A stretch of DNA of 38,149 bases from an uncultured Spartobacteria bacterium (GCA_903913785.1 CAIWMF010000066.1:1-38149); one strand, 5' to 3'; shown: positions 1 to 9,177, counted from the first letter of the stretch. Notes: a model not told the origin generated them from the sequence alone. A program made the numbers and translations.

Positions 1-1758
1 AAAATAAGGGCTGTTGTTTGCATCACTTTGAATAGGACTATTAGAGGGAACTGAATTGCTTTGAACATTAAAAATAGAGATTTGTTCAGGGCGATATTCC
101 AGGCTGCCTGCTAAACAAGGGACAATTTCTTTACGCACTTGAAGTGCCGTGCCCCAATTGGATTGATTGTAGACAGGACTTAAAAAAGAAGCCTCATGGT
201 AATAGACTTCACCACCCACAGAAACCTTGTATCCCATAAACCACGGCTCGGTGAGGGATGCTGTAAAATCTTTACGTTGCACACCGTATTGAACCCGTGT
301 TCGAAAACGTTCGCCCCCACCAGTAAAGTTGGGCCAATTAAAAAGATCAAAATTTGACTGCTCGACTTCGGCAAAGCCAATTAAGTTATCAATGGAATTA
401 AAGCCAGCACCAAAATGGAGTGCGCCAGTTTTTTTCTCTTCGACAATGACTTTAAGATCCTTGCGGCCGGGGACCAAGGTGTCTTCAGGAACACAATCAA
501 CCTTAGAAAAATAATTTAAATTCATGAGGCGAGTTTTGCTTAAGTCAACTGCAGTCGTATTATAGAGCTCGCCTGGTTGTATCACCATTTCACGACGGAT
601 GACTTTATCTTGGGTCTTCGTATTGCCTTGAATGGTCATTAAGTTAAGGTACGACTCTATGCCTTCCTCAATATGGTAGCTGAGATCAATTTCGGTTTCT
701 GAAACCGAGGTGATCTGAGGCTGAACAGACATGTCCACGTATCCTCGTGAACCATAAAAATCACGTATTTTTTTTAAATCTGCTCCCATTCCCTCTGGTG
801 TATAGAGTGAGCCAGACGTCATCTTCATCTCATGTTCTAATGTTGATACTGGAGCAATATTCATCCCCTCTATTTTAAGGTGATGGACGCGATATTGCTG
901 GCCTTCATTGATCGTGAGGGTGAGGGTGATGCCATTTTTTTGGTTAGGCGTTGTTTCAACATGAGTCACTTTAGCATCAGCAAAACCGCGATTTTGATAA
1001 AGCGTCCTGATGAATTCTTGATCTTCATCAATCTCAGAGGGAAGAAGACGACCGCTCTTTGTTAAGAAAGAAAGTAGATTAGCCGTTTTTGTTTTCATCA
1101 CCTTAAGCAGGTCTGAGGGCTGCACAGAATAATTTCCCACAAAGCAAATTTTCGTCACGACGAGTTTAGGTCCTTCCTTAATATGAAACACAACGCTCAT
1201 GCGCTTGTTTCCTAATTCTCGAGAAGTTGCCTGAACGTTCACATCCGTGTAGTTGTGATCTTCGTAGAGTTTTAAAATTTTTTGCCGGTCATCAGCGATG
1301 CGCTCGTCACTAAAAGCGTCTCCTGGCTTGGTCGCAATTTCCTTTCTAATCTTCAAGGGAGCAATGGCAGAGGCTCCTTCAATCAAGACTTCCTCAATTT
1401 TAGGCCGACCTTGGAGAAGAACTGTTACCTTCAGGCCGCCATCAACTGGCTCGGCAAAAATTCTTGCGTTCGAAATCTCGCCGGTTGCATAGAGTGCTTT
1501 GACATCTTCCTCGACCAAATGATCATTAAAGGGCTGGTCGACTTTTGTGGCTAAGTTATCTAAAACACGTTCGCGACTCATGCTGTTTAAGCCTACAAAC
1601 TGAACATTAATTTCCTTAATGAGTGGCGCAAAAGTTGTTCCTGGCGGGACTTGAGACTCAAGAGATAGGGGAAATATAAAAAATATTCCCCAAGCAACAA
1701 AAAAGAATTTTTTTAAAAATTTTTTTAAAAAATTAGGGGCAAAAGGAATCATGCGCAT
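1..1758 (-). CDS. bamA: Outer membrane protein assembly factor BamA (Omp85 family). The N-terminal 586 codons are present and the C-terminal barrel continues beyond the window edge.
   Basis: Manual translation of the minus strand from ATG at 1758 gives an uninterrupted frame to position 1 (1758 nt, exactly 586 codons). It starts MRMIPFAPNFLKKFLKKFFFVAWGIFFIFPLSLES (signal peptide), followed by POTRA-like repeats (e.g. IQGNTKTQDKVIRREMVIQPGELYN) and the start of the barrel (GALHFGAGFNS..). It is missing from the ORF track, presumably because it has no in-window stop. Confidence 0.85.
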   Translation of the reverse strand, partial: MRMIPFAPNFLKKFLKKFFFVAWGIFFIFPLSLESQVPPGTTFAPLIKEINVQFVGLNSMSRERVLDNLATKVDQPFNDHLVEEDVKALYATGEISNARIFAEPVDGGLKVTVLLQGRPKIEEVLIEGASAIAPLKIRKEIATKPGDAFSDERIADDRQKILKLYEDHNYTDVNVQATSRELGNKRMSVVFHIKEGPKLVVTKICFVGNYSVQPSDLLKVMKTKTANLLSFLTKSGRLLPSEIDEDQEFIRTLYQNRGFADAKVTHVETTPNQKNGITLTLTINEGQQYRVHHLKIEGMNIAPVSTLEHEMKMTSGSLYTPEGMGADLKKIRDFYGSRGYVDMSVQPQITSVSETEIDLSYHIEEGIESYLNLMTIQGNTKTQDKVIRREMVIQPGELYNTTAVDLSKTRLMNLNYFSKVDCVPEDTLVPGRKDLKVIVEEKKTGALHFGAGFNSIDNLIGFAEVEQSNFDLFNWPNFTGGGERFRTRVQYGVQRKDFTASLTEPWFMGYKVSVGGEVYYHEASFLSPVYNQSNWGTALQVRKEIVPCLAGSLEYRPEQISIFNVQSNSVPSNSPIQSDANNSPYF

Positions 1759-1824
1759 GGTGTCATCAAAGGCTCCATTGAAGAGTGAAATAGGTCACAG
1801 GGTCAAGCGGGAAGAAACTATTTT

Positions 1825-2694
1825 TCACGCTGGCAGGATTGCTAATAACTCAGAGAGCTTAGTAATTCTAAAATCAAAAAGCCCGAGTTTCTTCTCTTCT
1901 TCAACCCCAAGATCCATCCAGACCGAAGCGATCCCTGAGGCATGCGCACCTGCTATATCACGTTCTAGACTGTTGCCAATCATGATGGCTTCTGAAGCGG
2001 AAACGCGAAGTTGATCCAACATTTTTTGAAAAATAAGGGGCTGAGGTTTTCCAATACCGTGATCTCCTGAGATGATGATTGCAGAAAAAAGAGGCTCAAG
2101 CCCAGAGTGGCTTAATTTCTCTCGCTGCAAATCAGGAGCTCCATTTGTTAAGAGTCCGAGATGATAATTTTTTGCAAGTTCGCGGAGCAAGGCGGATGTC
2201 CCGGTGAATAGGCGTTGACGCGCACGCCGCTCGTGCTCAAAGAGCGCGACACATTGTTCTGCAATCTTTGGAGCCTCTGGATATTCTTTGAGTATTTCAT
2301 CAAATACCCCCTGACGATATGCAAGAGCCCAGGTACGCAAGGCCCTTAGTTCCTCTTGTTCTCCATGAAAATGACCCCAGAGACATTCCATAGCACTAAT
2401 GCCAATTGAGGAACAAAAAGAATAGCAGGGACCTTCCTGCCATTTTTTTTTAGCGATCATCGACACATCCTTGATGAATTGCTCCTGCTCTTCCCTAGCA
2501 TTGATTCCAAGAAATTCGGCAACGTTTCTGAGGGCCTCACGTGACACTTCTTCGTCGACAAGTAGGGTGTCATCCAAATCAAAAATAAGCGCACGCGCCT
2601 GCAAGGCCGGAGAAACATATTTGTTGGGTTTTTCCGCCTGCATGTCATTGTCTTGGCATAGTTCATGGGAGTCTGCTAAGAAGGCTGCGTGCAT
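1825..2694 (-). CDS. HAD-superfamily hydrolase (subfamily IA-like)
   Basis: 289-aa ORF with HAD motif I IFDLDDTLL, motif II LLTNG, the motif III lysine in GIGKPQP and motif IV-like MIGNSLERDI. The start could be an internal Met. Confidence 0.7.
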   Translation of the reverse strand: MHAAFLADSHELCQDNDMQAEKPNKYVSPALQARALIFDLDDTLLVDEEVSREALRNVAEFLGINAREEQEQFIKDVSMIAKKKWQEGPCYSFCSSIGISAMECLWGHFHGEQEELRALRTWALAYRQGVFDEILKEYPEAPKIAEQCVALFEHERRARQRLFTGTSALLRELAKNYHLGLLTNGAPDLQREKLSHSGLEPLFSAIIISGDHGIGKPQPLIFQKMLDQLRVSASEAIMIGNSLERDIAGAHASGIASVWMDLGVEEEKKLGLFDFRITKLSELLAILPA

Positions 2695-2699
2695 GATAA

Positions 2700-2711
2700 G
2701 AAATATCCGGA
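2700..2711. repeat. Solo terminal-repeat remnant of the mosaic element family, abutting a TTAA that contains the E1-beta stop codon
   Basis: GAAATATCCGGA followed by TTAA (2712-2715) matches the element end GAAATATCCGGG|TTAA with one mismatch. It fills most of the 17-nt gap between the HAD start (2694) and the E1-beta stop (2712-2714). Confidence 0.4.
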
Positions 2712-3698
2712 TTAAAGCTTGAGCAAGTGATGCAGCGCAGAAGCGATCGTCGAGGCTGTGGGCCGATGTGTTCCCCAGAGCGCAGGATGAAAGGGGACGG
2801 GTGTGTCTTTTGCATTGAGGCGCTGGGGAGGGGCATCTAGAAGCCCAAAACCCTCTGCGGTCACGCGTGCGATGACTTCAGCGGCAACACCACTCCACGG
2901 GAACGCTTCACTCACAACTAAGAGGCGTCCTGTCCGTGCTACGGAAGCTAAGATGGTATCAGTGTCCAGGGGTTTTACAGATCGGAGATCGACCACTTCA
3001 ATTTCATACCCATCATGGGCTAATGCTGCAGCAGCAGCTAATGATTCATGGAGCATGGCACTATAGGTCACAAGGGTGGCATCACGACCAGGGCGTGTGA
3101 CCCGTGCCTTATTAGACGGGAGCGCGCATGTGGGAAGTGCCTCGGCTTTGAGATGATAATAGAGAAATTTATGCTCACAAAAAATCACTGGATCATCGAT
3201 AGTAATGGCCTCGAGAAGCATTGTGTAGGCGTCTTCAACGGTCCCTGGAGTCATGACCACAAGCCCAGGAAAATGGGCATAAATAGCCTCTAGGCTTTGA
3301 CTGTGAAAGGGGCCGCCGCCAGAAGTTCCTCCGCACGGCAGGCGCACGACAAGAGGGCAAGGGACTTCTGTTCGATAAAACAAGGTTGCTGCATGATTGA
3401 CAATTTGGTTCAAACCACAGGTCGAAAAATCGGCAAACTGCATTTCAATAATGGGTCGCATTCCCTCAATCGCAGCGCCAATAGCCATGCCAATCATAGC
3501 ATCTTCACTAATTGGAGCGTCCATGACGCGGCCAGGGAATTGCTTGGCAAGATTTTTTGTGGCTTTAAAAGCTCCTCCAAAAGCACCTACATCCTGGCCA
3601 TAAATAAACACCCTAGAATCTTCTTCTAGTGCTCGTGCCTGGGCTGCACGAATTGCCTCAAGGTAAGTAATGCTCGTCATGTTAGTTTGTGAGATCAT
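2712..3698 (-). CDS. 2-oxoacid (pyruvate/branched-chain) dehydrogenase E1 component, beta subunit
   Basis: 328-aa ORF with the typical transketolase-like pyrimidine-binding region (RVMDAPISEDAMIGMAIGAAIEGMRPIIEMQFADF) and C-terminal domain. Its length is typical of E1-beta. Confidence 0.85.
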   Translation of the reverse strand: MISQTNMTSITYLEAIRAAQARALEEDSRVFIYGQDVGAFGGAFKATKNLAKQFPGRVMDAPISEDAMIGMAIGAAIEGMRPIIEMQFADFSTCGLNQIVNHAATLFYRTEVPCPLVVRLPCGGTSGGGPFHSQSLEAIYAHFPGLVVMTPGTVEDAYTMLLEAITIDDPVIFCEHKFLYYHLKAEALPTCALPSNKARVTRPGRDATLVTYSAMLHESLAAAAALAHDGYEIEVVDLRSVKPLDTDTILASVARTGRLLVVSEAFPWSGVAAEVIARVTAEGFGLLDAPPQRLNAKDTPVPFHPALWGTHRPTASTIASALHHLLKL

Positions 3699-3748
3699 AG
3701 GAGATGCGCATTAGAAAATAGTAGATATCGAGAAGATGTCGAGATCTA

Positions 3749-3972
3749 GCCCGAATATTTCACACTTGATCACCTGCGGAGACCGGGAAGTCAGATGGAT
3801 GTTGCGTTAGACTCACATGGTGACTTGGGCAACACCAGTGCTCGTCTCGCCCTTTCAGGGCTGCCCCTAACCTAACGGTTACGGCAGTCTCCCCCGCGGT
3901 CTCTTGGGCCGCCGGTGGTACCCCATCCTAGCTTCGCAGCCTCCTCGTCACGATCAGTATGAAATATGCGGG
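3749..3972 (+). repeat. Mosaic TIR element, copy 1 (224 bp; L arm + M3/M4 module + R arm)
   Basis: Starts CCCGAATATTTCACAC and ends GTATGAAATATGCGGG. The first ~90 bp are near-identical to 8908-8997. The flanks are CTAG (3745-3748) and TTAC. Confidence 0.85.
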
Positions 3973-4064
3973 TTACAACCAGGATAAAAAATAATGAGTT
4001 GTTTCTTTTGCCAGCTTCATGTAAAGCAGTGCACCGCCATTTATAAAAAATATAAAAAAATTCT

Positions 4065-6131
4065 ATGTTTAACCTCATGCAACTCTCGAAGAACGGTATT
4101 CATCTTGCTATGATCTGTGGATCCTTTGGCATTATTGTGGCCCTTGTTCTTATTCGCTCCATTCTTAAAGCGCCGGCTGGCACCCGCAAAATGGGTACTA
4201 TTGCAGCAGCTATTGAGGAGGGTGCTAAGGCTTATCTCAATCGACAAATCACTGCTATTTCTCTCATTGCAGTCGTGATTTTTGGAGCGCTTCTCTACTT
4301 CAAAGGACAAACGACTTCGACTGGTTTTATTATTGGTGCTGTTTGTTCGCTTGCGGCAGGATACGTTGGCATGCGCATTGCTGTGGTTGCCAATCTTCGA
4401 ACCGCCGCAGGAGCTTTGCTCTCACGTCATACAGCCATGCGCATGGCATTTAGTGGTGGAGCAGTGACTGGCTTGTTAGTGGTGGGTCTTGCGCTCCTAT
4501 CAGTTGGAGGATTTTTTGTCTTAGCATCTCAACTCTTAGGTGAGGCAGAAGCTGTGAGTAGCCTCATTGGCCTCGCGTTAGGAGCAAGCCTAATTAGCGT
4601 ATTTGCACGTCTTGGTGGTGGCATCTACACGAAGGCAGCTGATGTTGGAGCCGATCTTGTGGGTAAAATTGAACAAAATCTCGATGAAGATGATCCCCGC
4701 AATCCTGCTACTATTGCTGATAATGTCGGCGATAATGTGGGTGACTGTGCAGGAATGGCTGCTGATGTTTTTGAAACCTATGCGGTGAGTTTAATTGGGG
4801 CCATCTTTGTTGGTTTTCTGACATTGAAATCGACTCCTGCGGCAATGATTTATCCCTTCGTGCTTGGTGGTATTTCTGTGATTGGTTCCATTTTTGCTAT
4901 TTTCTATGTGAATGCTTCCAAGCAAAAACCAGGAGCCTCACTCATCACTGCAGTTGTTTTAAATGTACTTTTTTCAGCAGTTTTATTTTATCCGGCGACA
5001 AAGCTTCTTTTTCCAACGGCAATAGCAAGCACCGACAAAATTCTAACCGCCAATGGTCTCTATGCATCTGCACTCATTGGGCTGGTGATGACGGCGATTA
5101 TTGTGCTGATCACAAATTATTTTACATCGACTCATTATGAACCTGTACGCCGTATTGCACGTGCCTCTGAAACTGGTCATGGAACCAATATCATTGCTGG
5201 TATTGCTGTAGGTAACCATGCGACTGTTCTGCCAGCGATATTTATTATTGCTGCAATCCTGGGTAGTTTTCAACTTGCGGGACTCTATGGTGTGGCCGTA
5301 GCCGTCATGAGCATGCTCTCGCTATCAGGTATTGTGATCTCACTGGATGCTTTTGGTCCTATCACCGATAATGCTGGTGGCATTGCCGTCATGAGTGAAT
5401 CTCCCAAGTCAGCACGGCAGATCACCGATGAGCTTGATGCTGTAGGTAACACCATGAAGGCCGTGACAAAAGGATATGCCATTGCCTCCGCGGGTCTTGC
5501 AGCATTAGTTCTCTTTGGATCCTATGTTGAAGAGCTTAGAAATCACATGAATGGCGCCATGGCCTTAGCTTTTTCACTTTCTGATCCACGCGTTATTGCA
5601 GGCCTCTTGATTGGAGGGCTTCTTCCGTTTGTTTTTTCTGCCTTTAGTATCGATGCCGTTGGTAAGGCAGCAGGAGCTGTGGTCTTAGAAGTGCGTCGTC
5701 AACTCAAATTGCACCCTGGAATTCTCACTGGCAAAGATACTCCTGAGTATGGAACCTGTGTTGACATTGTCACTAAAGCGGCACTGCGCGAGATGATTAT
5801 TCCTGCACTGCTCCCGATTGGTACGGTTGTTGCTGTCGGCTTTATCCCATGGCTAGGTGCAGTTGCTCTAGGAGGAGTCCTAGTAGGTACGATTGTCACA
5901 GGGCTTTTTCTTGCCATCTCGATGACCTCTAGTGGTGGGGCATGGGACAATGCTAAGAAATATATTGAAGAAGGCAACCATGGTGGAAAAGGCTCCTCGG
6001 CTCACTCTGCTGCGGTGACCGGTGATACGGTGGGTGATCCGTATAAAGATACGGCGGGACCTGCCATTAATCCAATGATTAAGGTCGTTAATATTGTCGC
6101 TATTTTGCTTGTTCCACTTTTATTTAAGTAA
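4065..6131 (+). CDS. hppA: Membrane-bound H+-translocating pyrophosphatase, K+-independent type
   Basis: 688-aa polytopic ORF with PPase motifs [37 protein letters not shown] and [27 protein letters not shown] carries Lys at the position that distinguishes K+-independent from K+-dependent enzymes. Confidence 0.9.
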   Translation: MFNLMQLSKNGIHLAMICGSFGIIVALVLIRSILKAPAGTRKMGTIAAAIEEGAKAYLNRQITAISLIAVVIFGALLYFKGQTTSTGFIIGAVCSLAAGYVGMRIAVVANLRTAAGALLSRHTAMRMAFSGGAVTGLLVVGLALLSVGGFFVLASQLLGEAEAVSSLIGLALGASLISVFARLGGGIYTKAADVGADLVGKIEQNLDEDDPRNPATIADNVGDNVGDCAGMAADVFETYAVSLIGAIFVGFLTLKSTPAAMIYPFVLGGISVIGSIFAIFYVNASKQKPGASLITAVVLNVLFSAVLFYPATKLLFPTAIASTDKILTANGLYASALIGLVMTAIIVLITNYFTSTHYEPVRRIARASETGHGTNIIAGIAVGNHATVLPAIFIIAAILGSFQLAGLYGVAVAVMSMLSLSGIVISLDAFGPITDNAGGIAVMSESPKSARQITDELDAVGNTMKAVTKGYAIASAGLAALVLFGSYVEELRNHMNGAMALAFSLSDPRVIAGLLIGGLLPFVFSAFSIDAVGKAAGAVVLEVRRQLKLHPGILTGKDTPEYGTCVDIVTKAALREMIIPALLPIGTVVAVGFIPWLGAVALGGVLVGTIVTGLFLAISMTSSGGAWDNAKKYIEEGNHGGKGSSAHSAAVTGDTVGDPYKDTAGPAINPMIKVVNIVAILLVPLLFK

Positions 6132-6145
6132 ATGAGATCTTCTAG

Positions 6146-6451
6146 CCAGGATATTTGAGACCAATCTACTGCGAAGACCGAGAAGGAAAGGTAGATGATG
6201 TATGAGACTCATATTGTGACTTGGGGAGGGCTGTAGACAGACAGCCTTGCTTCAAAATGTTCGTCTGTGTTGACTCGCTTGGCGAAGCCCGTCTCACCCT
6301 TTGAAGCTCTGCCTCAAAGAAAAAAAGAAAGAAAAAAAAGAGAGAGAGCCTACAAACTCTGAGTAGTCTCCCACGCGCTCTCTTTGGGCTGCCGGGGGTG
6401 CCCCATCAGCCTTCGCAGTCTCCTCGTTACGATCAGTATGAAATATCCGGG
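6146..6451 (+). repeat. Mosaic TIR element, copy 2 (306 bp, long form with a degenerate left TIR)
   Basis: The left end CCAGGATATTTGAGACC is degenerate and the right end GTATGAAATATCCGGG is intact. It is colinear with copy 3 (6860-7160) over its whole length and contains a 33-nt all-purine tract at 6316-6348. The left flank is CTAG. Confidence 0.8.
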
Positions 6452-6511
6452 TTTAAGTGACTTTGAAAAGAGGTTCTTAAAGATGGTCTCATACAGGGGC
6501 CTTAATTTTTA

Positions 6512-6859
6512 ATGTTTATGAACTCAATGACTCATTCCTCACCTTTGCCGCCACCCAAGCAAGTAGCCATGATTAGTGATCAACTCGCACTAGCATGGAC
6601 AGATGGAACAGAGCAATATCTCTCGCTACGCACATTGCGTAGAGCATGTCCTTGTGCAGCATGCATGGGTGAGCCTGATGTCATGGGGAATAAACTCTCT
6701 TTAGGAAAAAAAAAATACACCGCGGAGAGTTCTCTCTTAAGAAAATATGAATTTGTAGGAGCCTATGCATTGCAGTTTTTCTGGGGTGACGGGCATAGCA
6801 GTGGCATCTATGCATTTGAGTATTTAAAAAATGGATTTCTTGACCAACGCTACGGCTAA
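6512..6859 (+). CDS. DUF971 family protein (gamma-butyrobetaine hydroxylase-like N-terminal domain)
   Basis: 115-aa ORF with the characteristic LRRACPCAACMGE Cys cluster and FFWGDGHSSGIY. Its stop TAA (6857-6859) is immediately followed by the element TIR. Confidence 0.6.
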   Translation: MFMNSMTHSSPLPPPKQVAMISDQLALAWTDGTEQYLSLRTLRRACPCAACMGEPDVMGNKLSLGKKKYTAESSLLRKYEFVGAYALQFFWGDGHSSGIYAFEYLKNGFLDQRYG

Positions 6860-7160
6860 CCCGAATACTTCACACTCATCTACTGCGGAGACCGGGAAGC
6901 TAGGGTGGATGCTGCGCTCAAACTCACATTATGACTTGGTGAGGGCTGTACACATACAGCCCGGTATCAAAATGCTGGGTCTGCGTTGACTCGGCTTAGC
7001 GAAGCTCGTCTTGCCCTTTGAAGGGCTGCTTCAAAGAAAGAGAAATAGATAGAGAGTCTGTAAACTCTGGGCAGTCTCCACCCTCAATCTCTTGGGCCGC
7101 CGGTGGTGCCCCATTAGCCTTCGCGGCTTCTTTGTCACGATTAGTATAAAAATATCCGGG
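6860..7160 (+). repeat. Mosaic TIR element, copy 3 (301 bp, long form)
   Basis: Starts CCCGAATACTTCACAC and ends GTATAAAAATATCCGGG. The internal order is hairpin GGGCTGTACACATACAGCCC, then hairpin CTTTGAAG-GGCTG-CTTCAAAG, then a purine-rich tract, then a GC-rich module, then the R arm. Confidence 0.85.
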
Positions 7161-7251
7161 CGAGGCGTATTTAGGCATTGACTTTATATTTTTTCTAAAG
7201 GTCGACATTCTGATCGTCATGCTGGGAGTGAAGCAATAATATCGCAAAAAT

Positions 7252-8454
7252 ATGATTCGTTCTCTTCAACATCGCCGCTGGATTATCGTCGTGCTGGGTT
7301 TTCTCAGTGCGACCAATCCGCTCTCAACGGATATGTACTTACCGGCCTTTCAGGAGATTGCCCATGATCTGCACACAACGACGGCAGCATTATCCTTTAC
7401 GCTTTCAAGTTATTTTATCGGGATTGGTGTGGGGCAGATGTTATATGGTCCCATTATAGATCGTTTTGGCCGCAAGAAGCCTCTGTACCTTGGTCTTGCG
7501 CTCTATATCTTTGCCTCTTTGGGTTGTATCTTTTCGCGCAACTTGTCGGAGCTCGTGATGTGGCGTTTTGTTTCTGCAGTCGGGGGATGTGTTGCTACTG
7601 TTGTGAGTATGGCCATGGTGCGGGACTTGTTTACCGTAAAGGAAAGTACAAAAGTTTTTTCACACCTCATGCTCGTTCTCGGAGTTTCTCCGCTTCTTGC
7701 GCCAAGCATAGGAAGCTTGGTGGCCACTCATATTGGCTGGCATGGTTCCTTTATGATTTTGATCCTGCTCGTTGGGCTCATGATCATCTCTGCCGCATGG
7801 ATTCTTCCAGAAAGTCACCCGGGAGATATATCCGTAGAACTCACTCCTAGATCTATTTTACGTGATTATTGGGCGCTCTTTTATCATCCTCAATTTTTTA
7901 TCTACGCTCTTATTGGAGGTTTTTCCTTTGCCTCGCTCTTTGGTTTTATTGCTGCATCACCGGTACTTTTGTTTGATTTTTTTAAGGTTAGTATTTACAG
8001 CTATGGTTTTATTTTCACCTCACTTGCCGCTGGTTATATTAGCGGCAGTCAAGTGAATCTTTTGCTACTGCGCTATTTTCCTGCTCTTCAGGTGCTGCGC
8101 ATAGCCCTTGGGTTAGAGCTTTTCATGTGTTTAAGCTTAACAGCTCTTACATGGATGCATTGCTTCTGCTTACCAGTTGTCTTTCTCTTGCTCTTTGGAA
8201 TGTTGTTAGCTGTGGGATGTGTCTCTCCTAATGCAACGGCATTTGCCATGGCCCCTTTTGAAAGAAGGGCCGGCAGAGCCTCTGCACTTTTAAATACCAT
8301 TCAGATTGTCTTAGGGACACTGACCTCGATTGCCATTGGATGCATTGATATGAAGACCATGTTTCCTATGGCTGTTGTCTTAACCATTCCTCCTTTGATA
8401 GCGGGCCTGCTATTTTATTTCAAAAATCAGTTATTAAGAGAAAGAGCATTGTAG
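7252..8454 (+). CDS. MFS transporter, Bcr/CflA drug-resistance subfamily
   Basis: 400-aa ORF with ~12 predicted TM segments, an N-terminal LSTDMYLPAF motif and MFS motif A GPIIDRFGRKKPL. Confidence 0.8.
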   Translation: MIRSLQHRRWIIVVLGFLSATNPLSTDMYLPAFQEIAHDLHTTTAALSFTLSSYFIGIGVGQMLYGPIIDRFGRKKPLYLGLALYIFASLGCIFSRNLSELVMWRFVSAVGGCVATVVSMAMVRDLFTVKESTKVFSHLMLVLGVSPLLAPSIGSLVATHIGWHGSFMILILLVGLMIISAAWILPESHPGDISVELTPRSILRDYWALFYHPQFFIYALIGGFSFASLFGFIAASPVLLFDFFKVSIYSYGFIFTSLAAGYISGSQVNLLLLRYFPALQVLRIALGLELFMCLSLTALTWMHCFCLPVVFLLLFGMLLAVGCVSPNATAFAMAPFERRAGRASALLNTIQIVLGTLTSIAIGCIDMKTMFPMAVVLTIPPLIAGLLFYFKNQLLRERAL

Positions 8455-8504
8455 AAAAGTCCTCTTTCCTTTCGGCTCACGGAGCTCGCTCTTCGAGTCT
8501 TCTT

Positions 8505-8675
8505 TTAGGATGATTTTTTATGAGCCCGGTTTTTGTTGGTGATTTTTTTGTTAGGACAGCCACATCCTCCTCCACATCCGCGGTCGTGACGCTTCTGCCA
8601 CCACGTCCAGATAAAGGTAAGGAGAACCAAAAGGACGATGAGTAGTGCTATCTTTGTTTGCAATGAGGAAGTCAT
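8505..8675 (-). CDS. Small (56 aa) single-TM, Cys/Gly-cluster membrane protein. The architecture resembles FeoB-associated Cys-rich membrane proteins.
   Basis: Manual translation gives MTSSLQTKIALLIVLLVLLTFIWTWWQKRHDRGCGGGCGCPNKKITNKNRAHKKSS. This is an N-terminal hydrophobic helix, a basic stretch, then CGGGCGC. It falls below the 60-aa cutoff of the ORF track and has no obvious Shine-Dalgarno sequence (many genes here lack one). Confidence 0.4.
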   Translation of the reverse strand: MTSSLQTKIALLIVLLVLLTFIWTWWQKRHDRGCGGGCGCPNKKITNKNRAHKKSS

Positions 8676-8794
8676 GAGGTGCATTTATCCAACGTGAATA
8701 ATCATGGTGTGCTTGTGCAAAAAGGAACTTTTTCCTCTCATACGATTTCGCGAAAAAGCTCAAACAATGATGGCATTGCTTGATGATGATATCG

Positions 8795-8905
8795 CCCGAA
8801 TGTTTCACACTAAAGCTATTATGGCTTGTGGAAAGCTCTATGGCTACTGTGTTCGCAGATCTTACGTTATCATTGGATAGCGTCTCGATCTTAGGCCTTG
8901 TGCTT
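8795..8905 (+). repeat. Diverged half-element (variant left arm) directly abutting copy 4
   Basis: CCCGAATGTTTCACACTAAAGCTATTATGGCTTGTGGAAAGCTC aligns with the reverse complement of the right arm of the 21119-21295 copy (CCCGCATATTTCACACTAAATCTATTACGGCTTGTGGAAAGCTC). Confidence 0.65.
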
Positions 8906-8907
8906 AA

Positions 8908-9177
8908 CCCGGATATTTCACACCGATCACCTGCGGAGACCGGGAAGTCAGATGGATCTTGCGTTAGACTCACATTGTGACTTGGGCAACACCAGTGTTC
9001 GGGAGAGCCTGGGGTAGACAGCCGTAACCGTTAAGGTTAGGGGCAGCCCGTAAGGGCGAGCCGAGCAGGTGCGAGCGAGTCAATAGGGACACATACAGCC
9101 GTCGTCAGACTTCATCACTCGCCTTGCCCCATCAGCCTTCTCGGCCTCCTCGTCACGATCAGTATGAAATATCCGGG
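8908..9177 (+). repeat. Mosaic TIR element, copy 4 (270 bp; internal 68-bp module inverted relative to copy 1)
   Basis: Starts CCCGGATATTTCACAC and ends GTATGAAATATCCGGG, with TTAA on both flanks (8904-8907 and 9178-9181). Segment 8998-9065 is the reverse complement of 3841-3908. Confidence 0.9.

Noticed and set aside
1668-1700. Near-palindrome GGGGAAATATAAAAAATATTCCCC
   Set aside because: It lies inside the bamA signal-peptide coding region (..WGIFFIFPLS..) and is explained by codon content. It has no similarity to the element TIR beyond AAATAT.
1-1758. The absence of any long ORF in the track over 1-1758 suggested a pseudogene or recoded region
   Set aside because: Manual minus-strand translation shows an intact 586-codon BamA frame running off the window edge. 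The gap in the track is an edge artefact, not gene decay.
3872-4078. Short ORFs lying within or across element copies (3872-4078, 6996-7247, 21088-21285, 28193-28408) that share peptides such as RIFHTDRDEEAAKA
   Set aside because: The shared peptide simply reflects translation of the repeated R arm. The ORFs differ in extent and frame context, lack starts with good context, and the elements occur in both orientations. I therefore treat this as non-coding repeat DNA.
8551-8973. 140-aa minus-strand ORF from the track
   Set aside because: Its N-terminal ~60 residues are a translation of repeat-element DNA (8795-8973), and the remainder has no recognisable motifs. It also overlaps, in another frame, a more convincing 56-aa TM/Cys-cluster ORF. 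I judge it most likely spurious.
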